Below the pieces are notes generated by a model. The model was given only the letters and a program-made list of their open reading frames with translations. It made no database searches and was not told the DNA's origin. Shown here in pieces: positions 40,901 through 53,502 of a stretch of 64,000 nucleotides of DNA. The position numbers and the translations under genes are program-made. This DNA is from Octopus sinensis (Eukaryota), in NCBI RefSeq assembly GCF_006345805.1, contig NC_043020.1, forward strand, positions 10,788,001-10,852,000, read 5' to 3'. Positions within the stretch are counted from its first letter, which is position 1. Every line of letters starts with the position of its first letter.

Positions 40901-43900
40901 CTATTGCATTTCAATCTGTTTTAGGGTTAGGGTTAGGGGTGGGGGAAGGGTATCTTTTTTTCTTCAGAAATGTAAATAAACCCAATCTGTTTCTTAAACA
41001 AGGGACATATTCATGCGGCACAGAATGTTTTTTTACCTCAATAGACATCATTGATTGGTTGAAATTGCAGAAATTGAAGAAAAAACAACAACAAATATCT
41101 TACAAATTATAGAATTTTCTCAATAAAGCCAAGAGAAAAAAAAATGTTTTATAAACACATTCTACCAGTATACAAAGTTTAAAAGTGTTTAGTTACGTGG
41201 AAATTATTTTAAAAAACTGCCGTTCAAACCGAAAAGATCCCCAAGTTCAATACTTGCCAATGACTGACCTCTATAGTTCTTTGTTGAATGATACCTTTTC
41301 TATCCAAGAAGATTTGCTTTACCAAAATGTGAAATTTGAATGACCTAAGTCAGTTAATAAAAAAGAAAATGCTCACTTTTGCATAACTTTCAGTAAAGCC
41401 CTTGGAAAGAGATCTTTCAAATCATACCTACCATCTTGAGAAAGAAAAGGACTCATTTGAGAATACAGACCCAGATACATTATATCTGAATGTTATATCT
41501 GCTGGAGTTGGGTAGACATAAGACCATACAATAAGTGGAAAACTTCTGCGTGATTGTGTGACCAGCAAGAAATAGCAGCCAAATCTCCCTTAACCCTTTC
41601 GTTACTATATTTCTGACCAAATTACACCCCTTATGTGTTTCAATTAATTTCTAACGTAATCATAAATTTAGTCTGGTTTCATTAAACAACTATAACTTTT
41701 TTATTTATCGATATATTAATCTGATTTTTGGAAGATAATTTAATGAAATATTCTCAACCAATTCTATACTATAATTTTTGTCACAAAGTGACTCTATTTG
41801 CAGGTAGATACAGGTAAATTCAACAAAATATAAAATTATTAAAATTTTGTTCAAACATCGCTATATTAGCTAATATTCAATTGGGTATACAACAAAATTT
41901 CACGATAGAATTTGTTATTCTGGGTAACTTTCTAATACCCATAATAATATTTATGGCAAAATAGGCCTTAATTTCATTTAAGGTTGTGGGAAATAACAAA
42001 CTATCCTTTCTTTCGTTTTGTTTACGTTTAGCGTAACGGTTCGTTTTCGCTGTAATGATTTCAAATAGGCTCATTCGAAAAAGTAAATAGAAATAGCCTA
42101 AGGCTTTACCCTTCTGGGAAAGTCTGTGGCTTGGTCCAGTTTCTGCAGAAAAATCACCGAAAGAAACAGTTTTTAAATTTTCACTCCATTCAGGTGCCAA
42201 TTCGTTTTCTTTATCGCTATCGGAGATCTCAGATTCACTGTTTTCACTTTCGGAAAATGAAACATCAGATTCATTATCAAATACCACATGCTTTTTTTTT
42301 TCAGTCATAGAGTTAGATTTATGAAGGTCTTCAGTAGAAAATCCTTCGAATTCTGACTCGCTGCTTGATATAATGAAATTCGTATCCATTTTTTGTCAGA
42401 ATTACAAATTTTGAAAACACAATAGGAACAAATTTCGGAAAAAAATCTCCCAAAATTCACGGAATTAAAATTACACTTCGATTATTGTACAAAACTGTAG
42501 TTGAACTGTTTACGAAGTATAATACGTGTTTTCACGAATGTACTAAAGAGATTTGCTCTGATATTCTTATTTAAATATGAATAGGTAAATTCGGGCGGCT
42601 TTGGGCGGTTTGGTTTCATAAACCAAAATTTTTTTCGGGCGGCTTTGGGCGGTTTGGTAACGAAAGGGTTAAATAATATGCTACCACCTTCATAAAACGG
42701 ACTCCATAAATAATATACTTCTGGCACCACATAGAAAGCTCTCATGCTAGCACCTTATAAAAAGTACTCATGCTGGCATCACATAAAAAGCACCAATACT
42801 GGTGTCACATAAAAAGTATCCAGTACACAGTAAGGGGGTTGGCATTAGGAAGGGCATCCAGCAGTAGAAACCATGACAGAACAGCTCCTGTCAAACCATC
42901 CAAAATCTGCCAGAATGGAAAACAGACATTCAAATCGAAATCGAATTGAACCAGCCAGGATCCCTGGTCTGGTGGTACGTAAAAAGCACTATCCGACTCG
43001 TGGCCGATGCCAGCACCGCCTTGAATGGCTTCCGTGCTGGTGGCACATAAAATACACCAATCCGACCGTGGCTGCTGCCAGCCTCGCCTGGCACCTGTGC
43101 AGGTGGCACGTAAAAAGCACCCACTACACTCACGGAGTGGTTGGCGTTAGGAAGGGCATCCAGCTGTAGAAACATTGCCAGATAAGACTGGAGCCTGGTG
43201 CAGCCTTCTGGCCTCCCAGATCCCCAGTCGAACCGTCCAACCCATGCTAGCATGGAGAACGGACGTTAAACGATGATGATGATGATGATGATGAATGACA
43301 ATGATGATAATGTAAACTGCTGCTGCTGAGACCCCCTTCGGTCATGACTGACCATGGGATTGCACCTAGAAAGTTACCCTCCCTGGCACAAGTCCGGGCA
43401 AGGTTGTTTATGGAAGACCAATAGTCGCCCATGCATACCAGTCTCACCTTTCCACGCCACCAGTGTTATCCAAGGGTAAGGCAAAGGGGGCCGATACAGC
43501 TTGGCACCTGTGACGTCGCAACTCATTTCTACAGCTGAGTGAACTGAAGCAACGTGAAATAAAGTGTCTTGCTCAAGAACACCACAACACACAGCCCGGT
43601 CCAGGATTCGAACTCACAACCTCACGATCGTAAGCTCGACGCTCTAACCACTGAGCCATGCACCTTCACACAATAATGTAAACAATTTCTAAATAAAGAC
43701 GTAATCACAGAGTAAACAACAACAACAACAACAACAACAAAAGTACAAACACAGAAAAGACTTACCCATATTCAGGAAGAGCCGTGCCTTCATCGTCATG
43801 TACTCCTTATGGCTGAGATCATTTTTCATGCTTTCACAGAGTTCCAGAGCATGTATAAATGCATCTTCAGCCTTGGAATAAGCTGTCCGTCCTTCATCGG

Positions 43901-44554
43901 TTTCAGCCTGAAAGAGGTAAGTCCTTCCAATTGTGGCCCATGCTCTTTGTTCTTCAACAGTGTTCTTCATGCTACGTGCCAGTGACAGGTAACGTTTCTG
44001 AAGTTGAATTGCTTTGTTGAAGTCACCCAGATCACAGTAGCATTCACTGAGCATGCGACATGCAACAGCCGCACCTAAGGTGTCGTTATACGTCTCACAG
44101 ATGGACAAGTCTTGGTTATATTCCTCAATAGCTTCTTTGAAGAAACCTATGTGTATATATAAATAGAAATATTATTTCTAAGTCTCTCTAAAGGAGACAA
44201 CGGCAGCGGTACTGGATATTAACAGTTATTGCCAAGCTAATATGGCAGTCCATAAATATAGCAAGCTAGAGGCGATGGCCCCTTGGAGCTAATCAACGGC
44301 AGCTTTCGTCCTATATTTATGGACTGCCATATTAGCTTGGCGATAACTGATAATATGTGTATATATACTCTTTTACTTGTTTCAGTCATTTGACTGCAGC
44401 CATGCTGGAGCACCGCCTTTAATCGAGCAAATCGACCCCGAATAAGCCCAGTACTTATTCTGTCGGTCTCTTTTGCCGAACCGCTAAGTAACAGGGACAT
44501 AAACACACCAGTATCGGTTGTCAAGCAATGCTAGGGGGGCAAACAGACACACAA

Positions 44555-44598
<44 letters not shown>

Positions 44599-47500
44599 GA
44601 CGGGCTTCTTTCAGTTTCCGTCTACCAAATCCACTCACAAGGCTTTTTCGGCCCGAGGCTATAGTAGAAGACACTTGCCCAAGATGCCATGCAGTGGGAC
44701 TGAACCCGGAACCATGTGGTTTGTGAACAAGCTACTTACCACACAGCCACTCCTGCGCCTATATATATATTTATATATATATCTATATGCATATATATTG
44801 AACACACATACATATAAATATATATATATTCTTTTATCTTATAACTTGTTTCAATCATTTGACTGCGGTCATGCTGGAGCACCGCCTTTAGTCAAACAAA
44901 TCGACCGCAGGACTTATTCTTTGTAAGCCTAGTACTTATGCTATTGGCCTCTTTGCCGAACTGCCAAGTAAATACACCAAGTGATGGTAGGTGAACAAAC
45001 AGACACACAAATACATACATACATATATATATATCAACTCGTGTGTTCCTTTTCATCCTTATGCATATATATATATATATCATTTTGTGGAAGAGCGTAG
45101 GCTCGAAATGTTAAAGACTTTTTCACTTTCTGAATGTTATACTAATACATTCGTTTGTTGTCTACACCACCTGTCTTCGTCTTTTGTTTGTATTTTTTTT
45201 TTGTGAATTCTCCCCCTACCTATCTACATACCTACATACATACATACACAACAGGCCTCTTTCAGATTCTGTTTACTAAATCCACTCACAAGGCTTCAGT
45301 CAGCCTGAGGCTATAGTAGAAGACACTTGCCCAAGGTGCAACGCAGTGGGACTGAACCCGGAACCATGTGGTTGGGAAGTAAGCTACTTACCACACAGCC
45401 ATGTATATATATATATATATTTTTTTTTCTTTACTTGTTTCAGTCATTTGACTGCGGCCATGCTGGAGCACCGCCTTTAGTCGAGCAACTCGACCCCAGG
45501 ACTTATTCTTTTGTAAGCCCAGTACTTATTCTATCGGTCTATTTTGCCGAACCGCTAAATAACGGGGACATAAACACATCAGCATCGGTTGTCAAGCAAT
45601 GCTAGGGGGACAAACACAGACACACACACGCATATATATATATATATATATACATATATACGACGGGCTTCTTTCAGTTTCCGTCTACCAAATCCACTCA
45701 CAAGGCTTTGGTCGGCCATAGGCTATAGTAGAAGACACTTGCCCAAGGTGCCACGCAGTGGGACTGAACCCGGAACCATGTGGTTGGTTAACAAGCTACT
45801 TACCACACAGCCACTCCTGCGCCTATTCATAGGAGTGAGTTCCATGAATTTGAAGTAAGATACTAAGCAGACTATATAGTCTGCTTAGAATCTTCCTTCA
45901 AATTCATGGAACTCACTCCTATAAATTCATAAGGATATTTACACTCTCTAGGATGTTTGGAAAACATATATGTGATTTAGCTGATGAATACTTGACATTA
46001 TATTTGCTGTAATATTTGCAGCTTTAAATAAAATGTTTTAGTATGAAACAATTGTACTAAACTACCGATCCATTCTTGTTGCCTTTTTCTTGGTTATATA
46101 TATATATATATATAAAATAAAGAAGGGAGGCGGTATAAGATGTATATATTTATTTCACCAGTTGACAGCCATATAACAACAATCATTTCACACTCTTTAT
46201 CATTCAAAAACAATTTACTTTAGTGTTTAATAAACTATTAGTAGCATGAAACTATTATGTAGCTCTTTCGGTTGTATATTTAATTTGATATATATATATA
46301 TAAACATACATAACACTTGTTTTTATATGTGTGTATATTTGTGTACATATATATGTGTATAAAAACAGAATGTTTATAGGCTTAAGCTTTCACTTATCAC
46401 CGTTTTTAACTAAACAAAGAATATATATATATATATGTATATACACACACAACAGCCATATAACAACAATCATTTCACACTCTTTATCATTCAAAAACAA
46501 TTTACTTTAGTGTTTAATAAACTATTAGTAGCATGAAACTATTATGTAGCTCTTTCGGTTGTATATTTAATTTGATATATATATATATAAACATACATAA
46601 CACTTGTTTTTATATGTGTGTATATTTGTGTACATATATATGTGTATAAAAACAGAATGTTTATAGTCTTAAGCTTTCACTTATCACCGTTTTTAACTAA
46701 ACAAAGAATATATATATATATATATGTATATATACACACACTGGTCTGGTGGTACGTAAAAAGCACTATCCGACTCGTGGCCATGGCACGTAAAATACTC
46801 CAATGCGACCGTACGACAGGCACCCTTGCCAACCCCCTTTGCTTGTGAAGACATGTTGGGGCAAGCGAAATCGAAATCGAATTGAACCAGCCAGGATCCC
46901 TGGTCTGGTGGTACGTAAAAAGCACTATCCGACTCGTGGCCGATGCCAGCACCGCCTCGACTGGCTTCCGTGCCGGTGGCACATAAAATACACCAATCTG
47001 ACCGTGGCCGTTGCCAGCCCCGCCTGGCACCTGTGCAGGTGGCACGTAAAAAGCACCCACTACACTCACGGAGTGGTTGGCGTTAGGAAGGGCATCCAGC
47101 TGTAGAAACATTGCCAAATTAGACTGGAGCCTGGTGCAGCCTTCTGGCTTCCCAGAACCCCGGTCGAACCGTCCAACCCATGCTAGCATGGAGAACGGAC
47201 GTTAAACGACGATGATGATGATGATGATGATATATATATATATATATTTCTTTACTACCCACTGTGGAGTGCTCAGCCACTTACACGTTAATTTCACGAG
47301 CAGGCTGTTCCGTTGATTCGGATCAACCGGAACCCTCGTCGTCGTCGTTTTCTGACGGAGTGCTTCCATATACACATAAACACACAGACACTCATATATT
47401 CAAAGCTAGACATAAACACACAGACAATGTCACAAACTGATTGAATGATTATCACAGAAAATCTAGATGAAACAACACTGACCATATTTTCGGAAAATCT

Positions 47501-50500
47501 CACCAATTCCGTTACATAACTCGGACACTTCTGTGAACTTGTTCCTTCGCTCAGCATCTTTTTTTTCTTTTTGTAACTCTGGAGATAAAAATTGAAAATG
47601 AAAATTTTATGAAAATTATGAATTTGAAGATATGATCTGGAAAAAAAACTTCTTAACCCTTTAGCATTTAAACCGGCCATATCCAACCAAAAGTATTCTG
47701 CCTGTTTTATGTTCAAACTGACCAGATCTGGTCTTTCACACCAACCCTACAATATCGTTTTAAAAATTAACATCTGCCTCATCAAATTCTCATAGTTAAA
47801 AGATAATGCATTTAAACTGGCCATATCTGGCCAAAAGTACTCTGCCTGTTTTATGTTCAAACTGACCAGATCTGGTCTTTCACACCAACCCTACAATATC
47901 ATCTTAAAAATTAACAGCTACCTCATCAAAATCTCATAGCTACAAGATAAGGCATGATTAGTTTAAAAGAATGTGGATAAAAAAGCATTAATTTTGGCAG
48001 AATAATGAGAACACTAAAGAGTTAACTACACAGTTATGCCTGCTTACGAAGGCCAACCTCAAAATGCTTAAGCAGATGAAGTATTGAAGGCCAATCTCGA
48101 AAACGCTGAATCTTACAAAGGAGATGACAGTGGATGGAGATATATGGTGCATTGCTGTTCTCTAGAAGACCACCCACAACAACAGAATTGGGATCGTACA
48201 ACTAAGGTTCCACGTAAAAAGCTTTGGTGTTGGTGCCACATGAAAAGCACCCAGTATACTTTATGGAGTGGTTGGAAGGACATCCAGCCATAGAAATCAA
48301 ACCAAAATAGACTATGGAACCTGGCGTGGCCCCTGGCCTTGCTAGTTCCCATCAAGCCATTCAACTCATGCCAGCATGGAAAAACAGACAAATGTTGATA
48401 ATCACCGTGATCACCGTGACCGACCAGGCCATCAGATGTTGCTACACATCGCTGGTCACAATGCGCTTTGCATTGTTTTAGCCTTCAAATGACGCCACCC
48501 AGCTGGCTAAGCGAGCAGGCCAACAGAGGAAAGGGTGAGAGAAAGTTGTGACGAAAGAGTACAGCAGGGGTCGCCACCACCCCCAGCCAGAGCCTTGTGG
48601 AGCTTTAGGTGTTTTCGTTCAATAAACACTCACAACGCCAGGACTGGGAATCAAAACCACGATCCTACGACTGCGAGTCCACTGGGCCATTGCGCCTCCA
48701 CGTTGATGATAATAGATACAAGCAAATACTAACCACATCTCATTAAAATTGCTGGCCTTATACTTTAAATACATGGTTCCGGGTTCAGTCCCACTGCGTG
48801 GCATCTTGGGCAAGTGTCTTCTGCTATAGCCCCGGGCCGACCAATGCCTTGTGAGTGGATTTGGTAGACGGAAACTGAAAGAAGCCTGTCGTATATATGT
48901 ATATATATATATATATATATTTGTGTGTATGTGTTTGTGTGTCTGTGTTTGTCCCCCTAGCATTGGTTGCTAACCAACCACATGCTGGTGTGTTTACGTC
49001 CCCGTCACTTAGCAGTTCGCCAAAAGAGACCGATAGAATAAGTACTGGGCTTACAAAGAATAAGTCCCGGGGTCGATTTGCTCGACTAAAAGGCGGTGCT
49101 CCAGCATGGCCGCAGTCAAATGACTGAAACAAGTAAAAGAGTAAAGAGTAAAAGAGTATTCTACAGTGTGGTGTAGACAAAAATAAAATGAGGAATCTCT
49201 AAAGAAAAATTAAATACCGTTATTCCTCGAGTATAATCTGCATTTTTTCCCCAAAATTTAAAGGTCAAAATCCCCAGTGCATCCTATATACGAGGTTAAA
49301 AATGAAAATTATTTTATAAGCAATGTCCGAGTCTCTATTTTTGCTGTCTGGCTATGTTTATTCAGCTGCATTTTGTGATGTCGGGCGCGAAAATACCTTA
49401 AGCTAAGCCTGAAAGCAATGAAGTCATAAAAGAATCATCCATAACTTGCAGTAAGCAACATTTATTAAACGTTATTACTGTTATTTCTTTATTTTCTGCA
49501 AACAAAATGCACAAAAAAGCTACACGTTTGCATTATATTATATATACAATAATAATAAAAGACGATACCGTGTACGTTTTTACAAGCCAAGGACGTTATA
49601 TAGACCTCCTCGACTCAAGCTAGAGAAGGGGTGCGTATTATACACAAGGTTTAGGTTTTTCAGAGGTACAGCCCCCTAAAATGCACAAAAAAGCTACACG
49701 TTTGCATTATATTATATATACAATAATAATAAAGGACGATACCGTGTACGTTTTTACAAACCAAGGACGTTATATAGACCTCCTCGACTCAAGCTAGAGA
49801 AGGGGTGCGTATTATACACAAGGTTTAGGTTTTTCAGAGGTACAGCCCCCTAAAATGCACAAAAAAGCTACACGTTTGCATTATATTATATATTTGTGAT
49901 TTTGTGATTTTTTTGTGACCCCCTTCGGTCATGAATGACCATGGGATTGCACCTAGAAAGTTACCCTCCTAGACACAAGTCTGGGCAAGGTTGTTTATGG
50001 AAGACCAGCAGTCGCCCATGCATACCAGCCTCCCCTCTCCATGCCACCAGTGTTATCCAAGGGAAAGACAAAGGTCGATACAGCTTGGCACCCATGACGT
50101 TGCAGCTCATTTCTACAGCTGAGTGAACTGGAGCAATGTGAAATAAAGTGCCTTGTTCAAGAACACAACACGCAGCCCGGTCCGGGAGTCGAGCTCACAA
50201 CCTCACGATCGTAAGCTCGATGCTCTAACCACTGAGCCATGCGCCTTCACTTGTTATATATACAGGTTATATATACAATAATAATAAAGGACGTTACTGT
50301 ATACATTTTTATAAACCAAGGACGTTATATAGACCTTCTTGACTCAAGTTAGAGAAGGGGTGAGTATTATACACAAGGTTTAGGTTTTTCAGAGGTACAG
50401 CCCCTAAAAATCCTTTGCGTATTATACTCGAAGATTTACGGTATATAAGAAAAGTTAAAATTTAGGGATTTGAAACAAAGACATCAAGATTCAATATAGA

Positions 50501-52668
50501 TATTTCTTTATATAAGAAATACAGAGCATCTCAAAATGAATAAGGTAACGAAAGGGTTAAGGCTGTGGATCTGTTGATTACACAGACCCCAGTACTCAAC
50601 TGGTACTTACTTAATCTACCCCGAAAGGATGAAAGGCAAACTCAGCCTTAGTGGAATTTGAACTCAGAACATAAAGACATCCACAATAATCCAGAAGCTG
50701 AGCTTATAAAATTGTCTTTTTTTTTTTTAATGGAATCAGTTGTTCTTAAGCATAAGAGAAGATATTTGATTGTCTAAGAACTGTGCCTAAAGTGTCCTTC
50801 TCAGGCCTGGCTAGAATTCTAGTAATGGTGCCTTCGGAGAAAGTACCTACTCTTGGATCACAGTAGAGCCAAGTTCTAATACGGAAATAGCAAAGACTAC
50901 AATAAACAAAAGGAAACTGAGCAACAATTGTTGACCATCTCATTCTTGTAGGAAGAAATGCTTTAATTTCTAGGTAACTAAAAAAATTTAAGCTTCGTAT
51001 ACTGGTAGAATGTGTTTATAAAACATCTTTTTCTCTTGGCTTTATTGAGAAAATTCTATAGTTTGTAAAATATCTGTTGTTTTTTTCTTCAATTTCTGCA
51101 ATTTCAACCAATCAATGACGTCTATTGAGATAAAAAAAAATTCTGTGCCGTATGAATATGTTCCTCGTTTAAGAAACAGATTGTGTTTATTTACATTTGT
51201 GAAGAAAAAAATATGCCCTTCCCCCCACCCCCACCCCTAACCCTAAAACAGATTGAAATGCAATAGATCGATACTAGGGTCATAATTATGGGTGACAATT
51301 TCTTTCATATGACACCGCTAGAAAAACTGCCGTTCAAACCGAAAAGATCCAGAGTGTCTATCCCCGACTACGTTATGCAATTTATTATTCCTTCAGTTTA
51401 AGATGGTGGGATGTTATTTGATTGAGATGTGACTGCTATTTCTTGCATGTCAGGCGACTTCCTAAAGGTTTCTTTTTTAAGCACTTTAAACTTCCCACTA
51501 AATGCAGTAATTTCCCCATATGAGTCATATATTTCCTTAGCGACGGTGGAGGCAATCATCTTTGGGGAATTCCATCACAATGCTAAATTAATTGCAGGAA
51601 GTAAATATTGACTGCAAACAAGCAAGCAAGCAGCTTCACTAACGATACAATACAACCAAGCGATAATTTGGAAGACATAAATTGGGTATTTTTTCAGATA
51701 AACAAAATAATTATTTACGACAAACTTTAAAGGATGGGGGTATGTAATTAGGACAAATAAAATTAGGGTATCATTCGGACAAACAAAACTTAAAGTTGGA
51801 CAAACTTAAAAAGAAGATTATGTGGGATGGGTTGAGACAAAGGAAATTTTTTAAACTTTAATCGTGCAAGACAGAGTTTGTAGAACAAATGGAAACATTT
51901 TCCGAAAATACCAAAAGCTAAAAATAATACGACAGGTGGAATTTTGGTAAATTTTCTGTTACTCTGAAAATTTACCGAATTTTTTTGTAAAAAAAGCCAT
52001 CTTTTCCAGATTTAAAATGCCCATCTTAACCTCCTCTTCTCCCAAATTTTTTAATTTTTCAAATTTTCCTGAATAAGAAAAACTTATTCAAATTATGGAA
52101 AGTTTGAATATAAACAACGTTAACTTTCAAAAAGTAATACATGAGTGGCTGTGTGGTAAGTAGCTTGTTTGCCAACCACATGGTTCCGGGTTCAGTCCCA
52201 CTGCGTGGCACCTTGGGCAAGTGTCTTCTGCTATAGCCTCGGGCCGACCAAAGCCTTGTGAGTGGATTTGGTAGACGGAAACTGAAAGAAGCCCGTCGTA
52301 TATATGTATATATATATGTTTGTGTGATGTGTTTGTCCCCCTAGCATTGCTTGACAACCGATGCTGGTGTGTTTGTGTCCCCGTCACTAAGCGGTTCGGT
52401 AAAAGAGACCGATAGAATAAGTACTGGGCTTACAAAGAATAAGTCCCGGGGTCGAGTTGCTCGATTGAAGGCGGTGACTGAAACAAGTAAAAGAGTAAAA
52501 GAGAGAGTGCCCTTGGAAATGATCTGAAGCATCTTTTTTTACATTTCCAATCTTCACCGAAAATTTCCTGAAAGTTATGAGGAAACAAAGTCGGAAAGAG
52601 GCACAATCGTGCAGGTATGCCCATAATTGCAATCTACACCTTCCAAATGGTACACATTAAAAATATAT

Positions 52669-52707
<39 letters not shown>

Positions 52708-52708
52708 C

Positions 52709-52743
<35 letters not shown>

Positions 52744-53084
52744 TATATTTATATAATATTTTACAACTAAAAATAAGGGTGTCTGAGAGACACTACCATG
52801 CCGAAATAGCAGACTCTAAAAACCACCTTAAAGCTAGAAATCCAGGATTTTGAATTATTCAGTAATATTTTTTTTTGCTAGTCTATTTTGTCCCTCTGTC
52901 TTATCTCATAGTGCGATATGAACATTTAAGGTGGTTTTTAGAGTCAGGGATTTGACTGCTATTTCGGCATGGTGGTGTCTCTCAGACACCCTTATTTTTA
53001 GTTGTAAAAAATTATTACCTTTGTATGGTATTTATTCCCATGTTGGCCACTTGATAATATCGATATTATCCTTATTTATAAATT

Positions 53085-53116
<32 letters not shown>

Positions 53117-53442
53117 AGGTTTAAGTAATTGAGATTCAAGTGAGTTCTAATGAATTCACATGAATATGGTCCTTAACTAGGATGCACCGGAAATCTATAT
53201 GGTGTTAACCATACAAGTGGGGTGATTACAAATAGGAAAAAAGCAACAAGAATGTATATATATATATACATACATGCACACACTTGTACAGGATATATAT
53301 ATGTTCAGTAAATGATAAATCCGAAAGAGAAGCACACTAAGTTATAGAGAAGCAGTGTATATTCTGTCTATATATCTATCTATACACAGACACACACATA
53401 TATATCGTCAATGTATCGTATTTCTGAAAAAGATAGACATAT

Positions 53443-53502
<60 letters not shown>

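Noticed and set aside
40672-40914. [25 protein letters not shown].. as a TONSL LRR exon
   Set aside because: Wrong position for LRR exons (they lie downstream, off-window). The sequence matches a Hero-type LINE and starts inside a MITE.
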